A stretch of 27,876 bases of DNA from an uncultured Nitrososphaeraceae archaeon (GCA_963825865.1 CAWGVG010000040.1:1-27876); one strand, 5' to 3'; positions 1-10,133 are shown, counted from the first letter of the stretch. Numbers and translations are program-made. The notes: generated by a model not told the origin, from the sequence alone.

Positions 1-15
1 TATATTCCCAACCAT
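1..15 (-). CDS. Possible 5' end of chorismate synthase (runs off window)
   Basis: Reverse complement of 1-15 reads ATG GTT GGG AAT ATA (MVGNI), like archaeal AroC N-termini, and lies downstream of aroA on the same strand. Only 5 codons are visible. Confidence 0.3.
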
Positions 16-298
16 ATTATCGCTACAGCCAATCTTAGAACTGTTCTATATATTGGCTTTTTGGCCTCACGGCAAGTTTAATTATAAGGTGGGCTATTCG
101 TGTTGATTAGGTCTACATTGAAAAATTGAGCACTTGAAGATATATACAAATAAAGCATGGTCATGCGAAGGGCTGACAAGAAGAAAGTTAAATCTCAGAA
201 TAAGTCGACAATATTTCAAATCAAATTATAAATTTTGGGTCTAACGATAACTTAAGAGAAGTTGAAAATATTATATACTAAAAAGACGCAGATCCATA

Positions 299-1589
299 TT
301 AGATTTGTTTTATGAATGCTTGTAATTCAATCATATCTTGAATAAAGTTTGGATAAGATACATCGACAGATTCTGCCCCTGATACAATTGATTTTTCTGT
401 TAACATTGAGGCAATAGTAAAGGCCATGAATAGTCTATGATCATTAAATGCTTCAAGTGAAGCATTTTTCAAAGCTTTTGGAGCTGATTATTGATAGTTC
501 ATTCTTTTCTTCTTTCGTAATTGCACCTAATTTCATTAATTCAGAAGCAATATTTGCAACTCTATCTGTTTCTTTAAGCCTTGCATGAGCGATACCGGAT
601 ATTTTAACGGGAGATCTTGATTTTAATGCCAATATAGAAACTACCGGTAAAAGATCAGGAGTATCAGTAAGATCGAAATCTCCTCCTTCCAAAGTACTGG
701 ATCCATAAACTATCACTACGCCTTTTTGTTTATCAACTCTAACGTTACCACCCATTATTCTGATAATATCTATTATACGCAAATCCCCATGTGGTAGACT
801 AAAATTCAAGCCCCTTACGGTAAGTTCGTCGCCAGTTAGAACACCAGCTGCAAGAATCAATGCCAGAGTCGAAAAATCGCTAGGAACGTCAAAAGTGGTT
901 GCTCTATATTCTTTGTTCTCTATGTGATATTCTAAAAAATTTGGTTCGTAATCTACTGTAACACCAAATGCTTTCATTGTCGCAAGTGTAGTTTCAATGT
1001 ATGTTTTTGACACCTGCTCTCCGTTAATTCTCATTAATACCGTAGAGTCTGCATATATACATGTAATTAGCAGAGCAGAGACAAATTGGCTTGAAACACT
1101 TCCATCAACGACAGTTATTCCTCCCTTGATTCCGCCTCCTCTCACTATAAGAGGGGGAGTACCATCCATTTTGGCAGAATAACATCGAACTCCCAATTGA
1201 TTCAAGGCATCGATTATTGGCTGCATTGGGCGTTTACGAAGGCTTTCATCGCCTGTTAGAACTGTGAATCCTTTTTCGACCAACGCAGACATAGCAGTTA
1301 CTATTCGTATCGTAGTGCCAGAATTTTCAGCATTAACAACGTTATCAGGAGGATCGAAACTATGTTTACCCTCTACCCACAAAGTAGTATTTCCACGTTG
1401 TATATTTGCACCTAGTGTATTGCAGGCGGCTAGGGTAGCAAGAGTATCACGTGCAAGCAAGGCATTTGTAATAGTAGATTGTCCTTCGCAAAGCGATGCA
1501 ATAACAATCGCTCTATGACTATAGCTCTTGCTTGATGGACATCGTATAGTACCTCTAATAGTTGATTTTTTTACTTGGACACTAACCAA
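299..1589 (-). CDS. aroA: EPSP synthase (3-phosphoshikimate 1-carboxyvinyltransferase), one frameshift near 488
   Basis: Motifs PSSKSYSHRA, NSGTTIR, GDESLRKRPM, SSQFVSALL, RLKETDR. The track ORF stops at 453, but a shifted frame continues APKALKNASLEAFNDHRLFMAF...VSYPNF to TAA at 299-301, restoring the conserved DHR and SYP.F motifs. Confidence 0.93.
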
Positions 1590-2436
1590 TTATTTTTTCC
1601 ACACTTGCATTTTGATTATTAACCTTAGAAACAAGGATTTTACCATTAAACTTTGCAAACACAGATTTAATATCCTCTATTTCATCTTCATAAGCTACTG
1701 CCGCTATAGATGGTCCATTGCCAGAGATACTCGCAGACAATGCACCCTTTTCTAATGCTGCCAATATGGGTTCATATTTTCTGCCTAATGCCGTACAAAA
1801 AAGAACACCATTCAATTTCATAGCTTTCCAATATTTACCTGCTTCAGCTAGCTTGAATGCATCTTCGAAAAGATCTGACATTATACTCAGTTTATATATA
1901 TTCCCTCTTGACATACCCTGCGGGAGGAAAATTATTGCATAAAGACCATCTGGAGCCTTTTCTCTACGAATCAATTTGCAGGCATGGTTGTCAGTTACCA
2001 CAAAGCCACCAAAGTAGCAAGCAGTAGAATCGTCATATGCTCCTGTGATGCTGATGTTTGTATCTATTGATGCACGCACAGCAGAGTCTAAAACAGCATA
2101 ATCATATATTTCGTCGTTGACAAGTTTAGTGCATGCAAGTGCAACAGCATTAGATACTGCACTTGAGCTTTTTAATCCAAAGCCTATTGGGATTTCAGAA
2201 TCTATATTTACAGATATCGAATTCTTCGAGACTATCTCCTTTGGAATAATATTGTTCACAATATTACTGATCAGTTTATCCTCTTTTCTTGTTTGAAATT
2301 TGATGCCTCTACCATTTTCCAATGCTACCTCTGCAGTAACTTTTAGAGAAATCCCTAGTGCTGAGCCATTGCCTGTTGCAATTGCATTAACTATTGAGAT
2401 AGCGCCGTGCATAGTTGCCCGAACTTTATTTTTCAT
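1582..2436 (-). CDS. aroK: Archaeal shikimate kinase (GHMP family)
   Basis: GAISIVNAIATG.G, PIGFGLKSSSA, SITGAYDD, SGNGPS. Overlaps both neighbours in the aro cluster. Confidence 0.95.
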   Translation of the reverse strand: MKNKVRATMHGAISIVNAIATGNGSALGISLKVTAEVALENGRGIKFQTRKEDKLISNIVNNIIPKEIVSKNSISVNIDSEIPIGFGLKSSSAVSNAVALACTKLVNDEIYDYAVLDSAVRASIDTNISITGAYDDSTACYFGGFVVTDNHACKLIRREKAPDGLYAIIFLPQGMSRGNIYKLSIMSDLFEDAFKLAEAGKYWKAMKLNGVLFCTALGRKYEPILAALEKGALSASISGNGPSIAAVAYEDEIEDIKSVFAKFNGKILVSKVNNQNASVEKIIG

Positions 2437-3986
2437 ATGGGTTCTCCAAAGGATCCAAAGAGAGCTTTTTTCATTGCATCTCTAGGGGCAGAAATACCAG
2501 TCCAGATTTCAAAGGCTTTTGCCCCCTGTTCTAGTAACATCTCGTATCCGTAAACTACTTGCGCTTCTGCATATTTTGCATTTTCAAGCAAAGGCGTAGT
2601 AATCGGCTTATATACAATATCATAAACAATACTGTCTTTGCTTATGTGCTCATAATCTATAATGCTTTCTTCATTGTTCATTCCGATAGGCGTCGTATTA
2701 ACAATCAGGTGTGATCTGATAGCAAGTTCTTTTATATTATCCATCATTACGCTCTCACATTGTAGACCAAGACTGAAACCTATTTCTGCAAGTTCTTGTG
2801 CCTTTTTATGACACCTATTTGCAATTATTATTTTGGAAATTCCTTTTTCATCTAGAAGTGCAGCAATTACAGCGTGAGCTGCTCCTCCAGCCCCAAGTAA
2901 AAGAATTGTCATTCCATTAAAGATTACACCTCGTTTATGTAATGGTTCAATAAAACCAAAGACATCTGTATTATAACCCTTGAAAATTCCCTTACTATTG
3001 TGAACTGTATTTACCGCATTTGCTTTCGTGGCAGTAGAATCAAGGTCGTCCAAATACTTTAAAACTTCCACTTTATGTGGTATTGTCACATTGAATCCAG
3101 CAGTATTCGTAGAACGAAGAGAAAAAATGGATTCTTCCAACTCTCCTTTTGGAACTCTAAAAGCAATATAAGTGCAATTTAGACCAACTGAGTTGAATGC
3201 TGCATTTTGTATTGCCGGTGATAGAGAAAAATGAATAGGATCGCCAATAATACAATACGTCTTAACTTGGTTTTGCATGTGCTCTGCTTGATAAAAAATA
3301 ATCCTATCATATAACTTTCTCATTTGCTTGATTGTTAGTTGACCAGGAGAGATAGCCTTTTCCAATGCAGCGTATGTAAATGGTGCATTACCAAACATGG
3401 TACAAAGTATCCTAGATATTATTCCTGCCTCACCCATGGCAAATGCTATTAAATTTAACCCAATCGCAGTTTCATATAGATCAAGCAGACGTAAAGCGTC
3501 TTGAGTGTTTTTTGCAGTCGTTACAATCTTGATGTAGTTACTGTAAATTCGCATTTTTTCCAAAAGGTCTGAGAGTTCATCGTCTGATGGAGTTTTCTCA
3601 AAATCATGCCAGGAAACCAATATTGGGATCTTCTGCTTCCTGAGATAATCTGCAAAGTCAGTGTTATCTTTGATAGTTTTAAATTCTACATCAAGTAGCA
3701 TAGGCTTGGCTAAAGACAATTTCTTTAGCCAAAGAATTCTATCCGTGGTGCTTCCTTTAAATTTGCCTCCTTCTTCTGACGCTCTTAGAGTAAATACTGA
3801 CTTTGTTCCTACCAATTTAGCAATTTTTATTACTCGTTCTATATCTGATAACTTCAAATAGTCAAAACGAATTTCTACATAATCTGCCCCAAAGCAAAAA
3901 GCTCGATTTATTTCCTTTTTTAATGCTTCCGGATCTCCGACTGCTATAGATACGCAAATTTTAGGCAAGTATTTCTTATTTATCAT
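2433..3986 (-). CDS. aroDE: Type I 3-dehydroquinate dehydratase fused in frame to shikimate dehydrogenase
   Basis: N-half: EIRFD, TLR..EGG, SWHDF..TP, AFAMGE.G..SR, PGQL (AroD). C-half from the ATG at 3278: SLSP, NVTIPHK, AVNT, NTD, GAGGAA, NTTPIGM, DIVY.P, GYEMLLEQG (AroE). Start placed at ATG 3986 (track extends to 4031). Confidence 0.9.
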   Translation of the reverse strand: MINKKYLPKICVSIAVGDPEALKKEINRAFCFGADYVEIRFDYLKLSDIERVIKIAKLVGTKSVFTLRASEEGGKFKGSTTDRILWLKKLSLAKPMLLDVEFKTIKDNTDFADYLRKQKIPILVSWHDFEKTPSDDELSDLLEKMRIYSNYIKIVTTAKNTQDALRLLDLYETAIGLNLIAFAMGEAGIISRILCTMFGNAPFTYAALEKAISPGQLTIKQMRKLYDRIIFYQAEHMQNQVKTYCIIGDPIHFSLSPAIQNAAFNSVGLNCTYIAFRVPKGELEESIFSLRSTNTAGFNVTIPHKVEVLKYLDDLDSTATKANAVNTVHNSKGIFKGYNTDVFGFIEPLHKRGVIFNGMTILLLGAGGAAHAVIAALLDEKGISKIIIANRCHKKAQELAEIGFSLGLQCESVMMDNIKELAIRSHLIVNTTPIGMNNEESIIDYEHISKDSIVYDIVYKPITTPLLENAKYAEAQVVYGYEMLLEQGAKAFEIWTGISAPRDAMKKALFGSFGEPI

Positions 3987-4249
3987 AGATAAATTAATTG
4001 TTTTCATGTAGCAACATAACATTATGGTCAAAAGTTTATTACCTTAAATTCTGGATAGACTCTAAATAATAATAATAATAACGAATACTTTATGCATTAG
4101 AGTTATATCAATACATGTGACACATTTACAGAATTGTTTTAGGAGCATTATTGCAACAACAAGATGAATTAAAAAATATGATGATCGAACATGCGTAAAA
4201 TCGTTTTCTATAAATAATTTACACATCTCTTGTGTGTAACAACCATTAT

Positions 4250-4399
4250 CTAGCCTACACCTGCAGGAGGGTGACTTGATGTACCGTGCTCCATTTTTTG
4301 ATGGGCGCTTAATGCATCAACGCTATCAAAAATCCTGCCACATAAATTACAACGATGTGATTTTGGCGATTTAATGTTCGAAGACGTGGCTGCGGCCAT
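4250..4399 (-). CDS. 49-aa C2H2-type zinc-finger protein (not in ORF track)
   Basis: ATG 4399 to TAG 4250: MAAATSSNIKSPKSHRCNLCGRIFDSVDALSAHQKMEHGTSSHPPAGVG. Matches C-x2-C-x3-F-x5-L-x2-H-x4-H and is more GC-rich than its flanks. Confidence 0.85.
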   Translation of the reverse strand: MAAATSSNIKSPKSHRCNLCGRIFDSVDALSAHQKMEHGTSSHPPAGVG

Positions 4400-4445
4400 A
4401 TGTATGCTATTATACAGCTAACATATAATTAAAGATAATAATATG

Positions 4446-5324
4446 CTAACGATCAAACCGATAGTGAGATGGAATTTTTTTCCAGTTTGCTATTAGTACC
4501 TCAGGCCTTATATGCAGCGGTTCATCAGCAAGCCTCGATCTTGCCAGTTTAATGTATTCCTTAATTGTGTCTATACCAATGTAGTGTCGCTGAAAATGAA
4601 ACGCTACTTTGGTGGTTTGCCCACTCCCATTGAATGGATCAAGAACAGTGTCGCCCTCATATGAATATAATTTCATCAGACGGTATGGAATTTCTTCTGG
4701 AAACGGACATGGATGTTCAATAAACCCTGGTGGTACTGGAGCGATATGCCACACAGAATTTGCTATCTCTTTTGTCCACTCCTCATGTGTTGCAGGAAGC
4801 ATTTCTCTGCGTTGATTTCTACCACTGTTCACATCTCCTTTTCTCAATACAAGAATGAATTCATGCATTATATTTGCCCTATAATATTTTGGATATGGAT
4901 TGATTACAAATGAACCATACCTGTTAGTTCCACCAGTTACTTTGTGCCAAATAATTTCCTCATGTAGATTCCAATTGCCGAATGGCTGTACAAGTTTTGA
5001 CAGTAACATGTGGGGCAACGGTTGAAGAGATCCATTCACAACCTCGTTTGCAATAACTATACAGCAGTAACCGCCTTCTTTTGATACTCGGTAAACCCTG
5101 TCGTTAAAAACCTCTACCATTTCATCAAGGTAATCAGTGGTTACGAGTTTGGTTCTGCCACGATAATTTCCTTCATTTCTGGAGGCATGCATATCATAAT
5201 CAATAGCATTTCTATAAGGCGGTGAAGTAATTGTCAGTTGAATTGAATTTGATGGGACTCTCGATAGTACGTCTTTACAATTACCAGTAATTATTTCATC
5301 TACGATGTTTTTTTGGACTAGCAT
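4446..5324 (-). CDS. Site-specific DNA methyltransferase, N4-C/N6-A beta class (orphan)
   Basis: TSPPY catalytic motif IV near the N-terminus, HPCPFPEE, and VLDPFNGSG.T SAM-binding motif I near the C-terminus (beta order). Likely start ATG 5324 (track 5375). Confidence 0.92.
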   Translation of the reverse strand: MLVQKNIVDEIITGNCKDVLSRVPSNSIQLTITSPPYRNAIDYDMHASRNEGNYRGRTKLVTTDYLDEMVEVFNDRVYRVSKEGGYCCIVIANEVVNGSLQPLPHMLLSKLVQPFGNWNLHEEIIWHKVTGGTNRYGSFVINPYPKYYRANIMHEFILVLRKGDVNSGRNQRREMLPATHEEWTKEIANSVWHIAPVPPGFIEHPCPFPEEIPYRLMKLYSYEGDTVLDPFNGSGQTTKVAFHFQRHYIGIDTIKEYIKLARSRLADEPLHIRPEVLIANWKKIPSHYRFDR

Positions 5325-5418
5325 TAACCATGCATAATAGATTTCTCCATATCCAGAATACTTTAAAATAATCAACTTTCTGATAAAGAAAAATCATTTA
5401 ACAGTCTATGATTAGCAG

Positions 5419-6480
5419 CTACCTTTCTAATACATATTCTTTAACTTCAATTCCAAAATGCCGGCCAGACGGAGACTTGGCATAAGCAAGTATTTCATCT
5501 CCAACTTTGGCTTCAGTTATCGACAATAATTTACCATTTTTTGTCATAAGTCTTATTGTTTCTGCATTTTGCAAAATTACAGTTCCACTTTCGTTATCAA
5601 TTTGTGCTCTAACTAATCTTAATGGACGTGTTTCAATTTTTGATCTTCCGACCGTTGCGCGTCTCGAAAGACCATTTTTATTTACTATTACCACTTCTGT
5701 ACCCGATTCAATCTCTGATAGGTACTTAGTTTTTCCGTCAGGTGTTATAGTATAACAATAGACAGCACCTGCGTTCACTCTGAACGGTCTTGGAGATGTA
5801 AATGCTGATCCCATAGATTCATTATGGACAAGAAACATAAAGTTGGACCGGCTTCCAATGAGCATACCTTCTCCTGTTCTAAGCATTGAAACTGTATCAA
5901 CACAGACTCTTTCACCAATCCCGACATCCTTAATTTCTACAATTTTTGCCGGTTCGATTTGAAACGTTACAGTATCAAGATACTGCCTTGATTCCTCAAT
6001 TTCCTTATCACTATTTGTTGATAGTATGACGCCATCCACTCCCAATTCCAAAACTGCAAACATTGTTCTGACTTCTTTTGCGTTTTTTGCAGTAGCATAT
6101 ACCTTGGTTCTAGATTTGTGGAGTTTGGCAATGATATTCTCTAGAGGTAAGATCTTCCAATCAGGGGCGTCCACCACAACGAATTCTGCACCCGCTTCAG
6201 ACGCTCTTGCAATCTCGTCAACATCATCGTTGCCTAATACTTTCTTGAAGTATCCTGAAACTTTGCCCGATGAGGCGGCTTTCTTTAATTCTTCAACGGT
6301 CCTGCATATAACTATATCTGCATCTTCGGATTCAAAAATGGTTTTGAAATTCTTTCCCGAGACTAATTTTGGATCTACATTAAGAAGCGTAATACCCTTT
6401 AACCTAGACAAAAAATCATTTAAATTAGATTTTGAAACAGTTGGGTTAATTATTAGCTCTTTGCCTTTGATTTCGATCAA
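5419..6480 (-). CDS. aroB': 3-dehydroquinate synthase II (MJ1249-like)
   Basis: WKILPLENIIA, LELGVDGV, GERVCVDT, RPFRVNAG, GRSKIETRP, ILQNAETIRL, GRHFG. TTG start overlaps the upstream gene. Confidence 0.95.
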   Translation of the reverse strand: MIEIKGKELIINPTVSKSNLNDFLSRLKGITLLNVDPKLVSGKNFKTIFESEDADIVICRTVEELKKAASSGKVSGYFKKVLGNDDVDEIARASEAGAEFVVVDAPDWKILPLENIIAKLHKSRTKVYATAKNAKEVRTMFAVLELGVDGVILSTNSDKEIEESRQYLDTVTFQIEPAKIVEIKDVGIGERVCVDTVSMLRTGEGMLIGSRSNFMFLVHNESMGSAFTSPRPFRVNAGAVYCYTITPDGKTKYLSEIESGTEVVIVNKNGLSRRATVGRSKIETRPLRLVRAQIDNESGTVILQNAETIRLMTKNGKLLSITEAKVGDEILAYAKSPSGRHFGIEVKEYVLER

Positions 6481-7255
6481 GATCGCTTAACGCCTCTTTG
6501 GGACTTTTACCCTCTATAACGACCTTGTGTAAAGCATGTATAATAGCGGATGGCTTTTGATGTTGGAAAATATTGCGGCCAAAGGTTACACCTATTGCAC
6601 CTGCTTCCATTGCTCCATAACACATCTCAATGATTTCTTTATCTGTATTTGCCTTTGGACCACCTGCTATTACAATAGGTACAGGACAGCTTTTTATAAC
6701 TCTTCTAAACGAATTAACATCGCCAGTGTATACTGATTTGACAATATCTGCTCCTGTCTCCGCTCCTATTCTAGCGGTATGAGCAACAATTTCTGGATCG
6801 TGTGGATTCTTGATATTTTCACCACGGGGATACATCATTGCTACCAACGGAACGCTCCATTCATCGCATTTATCAGAAATCATTCCCAATTTCTGTAACA
6901 TTTCAGGTTCTTCTTTAGATCCAATGTTGATATGAATCGAAACAGCATCTGCGCCAAGTCTCAACGCCTCTTCAACACTGCCCATCAATACCTTTTTGTT
7001 AGGCGCAGGTCCAAGAGATGTGCTACCTGAGAAATGAGCTATTAAACCGATATTTATTGGTCTTGGCAATGTCTTGATAATGCCTTTATTAAGCAGAAGG
7101 CAAGTAAGACCTGCATTCTCACACTCGTAAATCATGGCGTGAATATCTTCCAATCCACTAATGGGACCATTGCTGATACCGTGATCCATAGGAATGCAGA
7201 GCATCTTGCCGTTCCTTAAGATTCTGTTAAGTCTAATGTCTCTGCCAAAGACCAT
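6446..7255 (-). CDS. aroA': 2-amino-3,7-dideoxy-D-threo-hept-6-ulosonate synthase (DhnA-type class I aldolase, MJ0400-like)
   Basis: PMDHG...GP, LGADAVS.H.N.G, MMYPRG, GADIVK, IAGGPK, GRNIFQ. Directly upstream of DHQ synthase II. Start at ATG 7255 (track 7270). Confidence 0.93.
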   Translation of the reverse strand: MVFGRDIRLNRILRNGKMLCIPMDHGISNGPISGLEDIHAMIYECENAGLTCLLLNKGIIKTLPRPINIGLIAHFSGSTSLGPAPNKKVLMGSVEEALRLGADAVSIHINIGSKEEPEMLQKLGMISDKCDEWSVPLVAMMYPRGENIKNPHDPEIVAHTARIGAETGADIVKSVYTGDVNSFRRVIKSCPVPIVIAGGPKANTDKEIIEMCYGAMEAGAIGVTFGRNIFQHQKPSAIIHALHKVVIEGKSPKEALSDLDRNQRQRANN

Positions 7256-7280
7256 ATGTAAGAGAAGCAACTTATAGACC

Positions 7281-7290
7281 TACTTAAAAG
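7281..7290 (-). promoter_or_regulatory. Putative archaeal TATA box of the aro cluster
   Basis: CTTTTAAGTA on the minus strand ~26-35 nt upstream of ATG 7255, a spacing typical of leaderless archaeal transcripts. Confidence 0.45.
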
Positions 7291-7631
7291 TGATATGTTT
7301 TTGACAAAGATATATCAAAATTTATAGTAAGGATTGGTCTGGCCTGAATCTAATTGCCAGTGAAATAAATCCTCCTTTCGATCTAATTTCTTTCGCAACA
7401 AGTTTATTACCAATTATAATTTGATTATGTTATTACTTTAACTTATTCTTGAATTGGAATAATTTCCAATGATCATGATAGTATACATCATTGCAGTTAA
7501 GTTGCAGAGGAAGATTACGATGCTCCAGGTGGACATCTTATGTCCGATCCTTTTCATTCGTGATATCTAGAAGCTTTTTTTATCAATTCAAACAAAAGGT
7601 CTAATAGGCATTATACTGTTCATCATACTTT

Positions 7632-7970
7632 ATGTCACAAAGCGAATGGGTTACATCTTATTTGAAATACAAAACCTTAGAAGACATGCTCAAAGTCATA
7701 CTCTTTTCGGCACAATCACCTTTTGGTTTTACTCCAATGCTTTACCATATTAACTACAATAATCAACAAATACTTTTCATCCAAAGTGGAATGGTCGGGG
7801 GAGTCATAATCCACTATATTGTAGAGAGCAATAAACCAGTCAAGAAATTCATTCAGCTAAAATGATTGACCGGCGAATTCAGCTTCGTCGACAGTATTGG
7901 CAATGATGCTCAATCGCTATACATTCCTATTTTAGAACTAGAAATGTCTACATTTAGGTTTAGTCTGTAA
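7632..7970 (+). pseudogene. Archaeal hypothetical protein (~112 aa) with internal in-frame TGA at 7863-7865
   Basis: After the TGA the same frame continues LTGEFSFVDSIGNDAQSLYIPILELEMSTFRFSL to TAA at 7970 (339 nt, in frame). Confidence 0.6.
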
Positions 7971-8100
7971 AAATTTGACAAAATCATAATCATTGATGAA
8001 ACAATCAATTAACGAGAATGGAAAAATATAATATTATGCTAATATCGTCCCAGGGGAAGTATTATTAACAGATTTTATGTAAAGGCGTATAGTTCAGTTC

Positions 8101-8325
8101 ATGGCTAGACACTCAAACAACAAACAACAAGTAGCAAAAATATCATCATCATCATCATTACCATCAGATATTAATAATGATAAACAGAAAGATTGTTCTT
8201 CTTTAGTAGTAGCTACAGAGCCAGTAGAAGAAGAATTAGACAGAAAGGTTACTTTAGCAACTGAAGGTTTTACCACAAACAAATTTTGTGAATTAATTCT
8301 AAGAAATAGGACTATAATTTATTGA
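8101..8325 (+). pseudogene. N-terminal remnant resembling Nitrososphaeraceae integrase-like proteins
   Basis: ELDRKVTLATEGFTTNKFCELILRNR resembles, from recall, the N-terminus of a multi-copy tyrosine-recombinase-like family. It ends abruptly and shows no catalytic motifs. Confidence 0.4.
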
Positions 8326-9496
8326 GCTTTACTTTAGCCTTATCAAGTGATATGAAAGTTTCTGCGGTGCGCCTATGTTTTCCATATACAAGATCGTGCC
8401 ATTTTCTAAATCGTTTGTGAATTTCTGGAAATTTTGATTTTGGCCATATTTTATGAGGATATGCATTCTCCATTCTCCAACGTACTGCTTCTAATATCTG
8501 ATTGCAAATTATAACAAACTCACATAGTAAATGATCTGCAATTATATACCTTTTTTCTTTCCATAATGATTTTGAAAAATTGTTATTGTTATTGTTATTG
8601 TATTGAGTATCCAGTCCTAATAATCTCATCATCCTTTCATTGTTGATATCGAATATCAATTTTGAACAGATCTCTTCGTCGTTATGATGAGTATTTTCAT
8701 TGTAGAAAATATCATGATAAAATTGCAGATTATCTTCTTTTTCCTGATTAACAACCAACCTAAGTTTGGACTTGTCTTCTTCTGTTTCCATCGTATGGCC
8801 TTCTAGATTCAATGTTATTAAATTTGGATTATCAATATCATATACATAAGAAAGGAATTTGTGATCAGATATTCTAATCTCCTTAAGAATAGGACTATTA
8901 TGGTTATCACTTAATTCATTGGTATACTGATGCATTTCTGATTCCTTAAAATCAAAATATGCAAAACGTTCATTGTATGCTATAAGTATCCTTTTATCGA
9001 GAGTCGATTGAACACCTTCAGTTTCCTTCTTCCTAAAGTCCGAAACACTCACTCCTGGCGTTGATTTATCACCTGTAAAATTAATATCCTTTCCCGTTCT
9101 AATATCGGTCATAGAAAAATCGCCATAATGGGGATTTGATGTGTGTCTGTAACTAATATTTCCTAATGCCGCTACAGATACCAGTATAGCATATGCATTT
9201 TTTCGCCGTTCGTATTCTTCTTTTGATTCATTGTTTCTTTTACTCTTTGTACCTACAGGAATAACTGGGGTTTTACCATTTTCATATTCGTCCTTTGCTT
9301 TCTTAGTCAGGTGATAAATTCCGAGTTTATCTTTTTCAAAAATACCATAGTGCATTAAGCGTTTAAGTCCTGAAGTAATGAAATCATTACTTAGGCCAGT
9401 CTCTCTTTTTATCTCTCGAAATCTAATTCCAATATGTTCGTATTTGTAAGCTTTTTCTACTATTTTTTCGCCCTTTTTAGTGTCGAATGTTCTCAA
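8312..9496 (-). CDS. Hypothetical protein with N-terminal winged HTH
   Basis: 394-aa ORF. IRFREIKRETGLSNDFITSGLKRLMHYGIFEK..GIYHLT fits a wHTH pattern; poly-Asn tract; may be 3'-truncated. Confidence 0.65.
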   Translation of the reverse strand: MRTFDTKKGEKIVEKAYKYEHIGIRFREIKRETGLSNDFITSGLKRLMHYGIFEKDKLGIYHLTKKAKDEYENGKTPVIPVGTKSKRNNESKEEYERRKNAYAILVSVAALGNISYRHTSNPHYGDFSMTDIRTGKDINFTGDKSTPGVSVSDFRKKETEGVQSTLDKRILIAYNERFAYFDFKESEMHQYTNELSDNHNSPILKEIRISDHKFLSYVYDIDNPNLITLNLEGHTMETEEDKSKLRLVVNQEKEDNLQFYHDIFYNENTHHNDEEICSKLIFDINNERMMRLLGLDTQYNNNNNNNFSKSLWKEKRYIIADHLLCEFVIICNQILEAVRWRMENAYPHKIWPKSKFPEIHKRFRKWHDLVYGKHRRTAETFISLDKAKVKLNKL

Positions 9497-9591
9497 TTAA
9501 ATGCTCCGTTTATGATAGAAGATGAACAGTCTTCCAAACAAAATAGTGATGAAAAAAGTGTAAATGCTTCCTCAGTTAATTATGAAAAATC

Positions 9592-10067
9592 GTGTCAGAC
9601 GAAATATTCACCGACTTATTTTTTGATTGTCTTTCTGCAGAAGTAAAAGCTTTGAAAAATCTAGTCTTGATGGCAGAAGAATTAGGTATTAGTAAAGATA
9701 AAATAGAATCATACGAACCATTGGCTGGATGTCATGCTTATACTAACTATCTGACACGACTTGCTGTATATGGTTCAGATGCAGAAATTCTTGCAGCTAT
9801 AATTGTTGACTTTCCAGTTTGGGGAGCAAACTGCAGTAAAATAAGCTCCTTCTTAAAAAAGGGTTATGGCTTTACAGATAGTTCCTGTATATTCTTGGAT
9901 CAATTTGCACTTCCGCTCCCAAAGAGTTTATTGAAAAGTCCAACGATTTGATAAGTTCTAATCTTCCAAGGAAGGAAAGGGAAATACAAAGAGCAACAAG
10001 ACTTATTCTTGACTATGAATTATTGTATTGGAATACAATCTATTCTTATTCTCATGTTGTTAAGTGA
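9592..10067 (+). pseudogene. TenA/THI-4 family protein, 5'-truncated and frameshifted near 9922
   Basis: YEPLAGCHAYTNYL, DFPVWGANC, and in a shifted frame RATRLILDYELLYWNTIY to TGA 10067 (TenA-type YE..FW/YW C-terminal helix). Confidence 0.75.
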
Positions 10068-10133
10068 TTGAGAATTCAACAAATACTAATACTAATAATA
10101 ATAGAAAAACTATACACACAGTCGTAAATATTA

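Noticed and set aside
4446-5324. Complete restriction-modification system
   Set aside because: No nuclease-like ORF adjacent; neighbours are aro genes and a zinc finger.
997-6736. Plus-strand track ORFs opposite the aro genes and methyltransferase
   Set aside because: Antisense shadows of well-supported minus-strand genes; no motifs.
7863-7865. Selenocysteine recoding of the TGA
   Set aside because: No redox-motif context or recognisable SECIS; an Arg-to-stop change or miscall is simpler.
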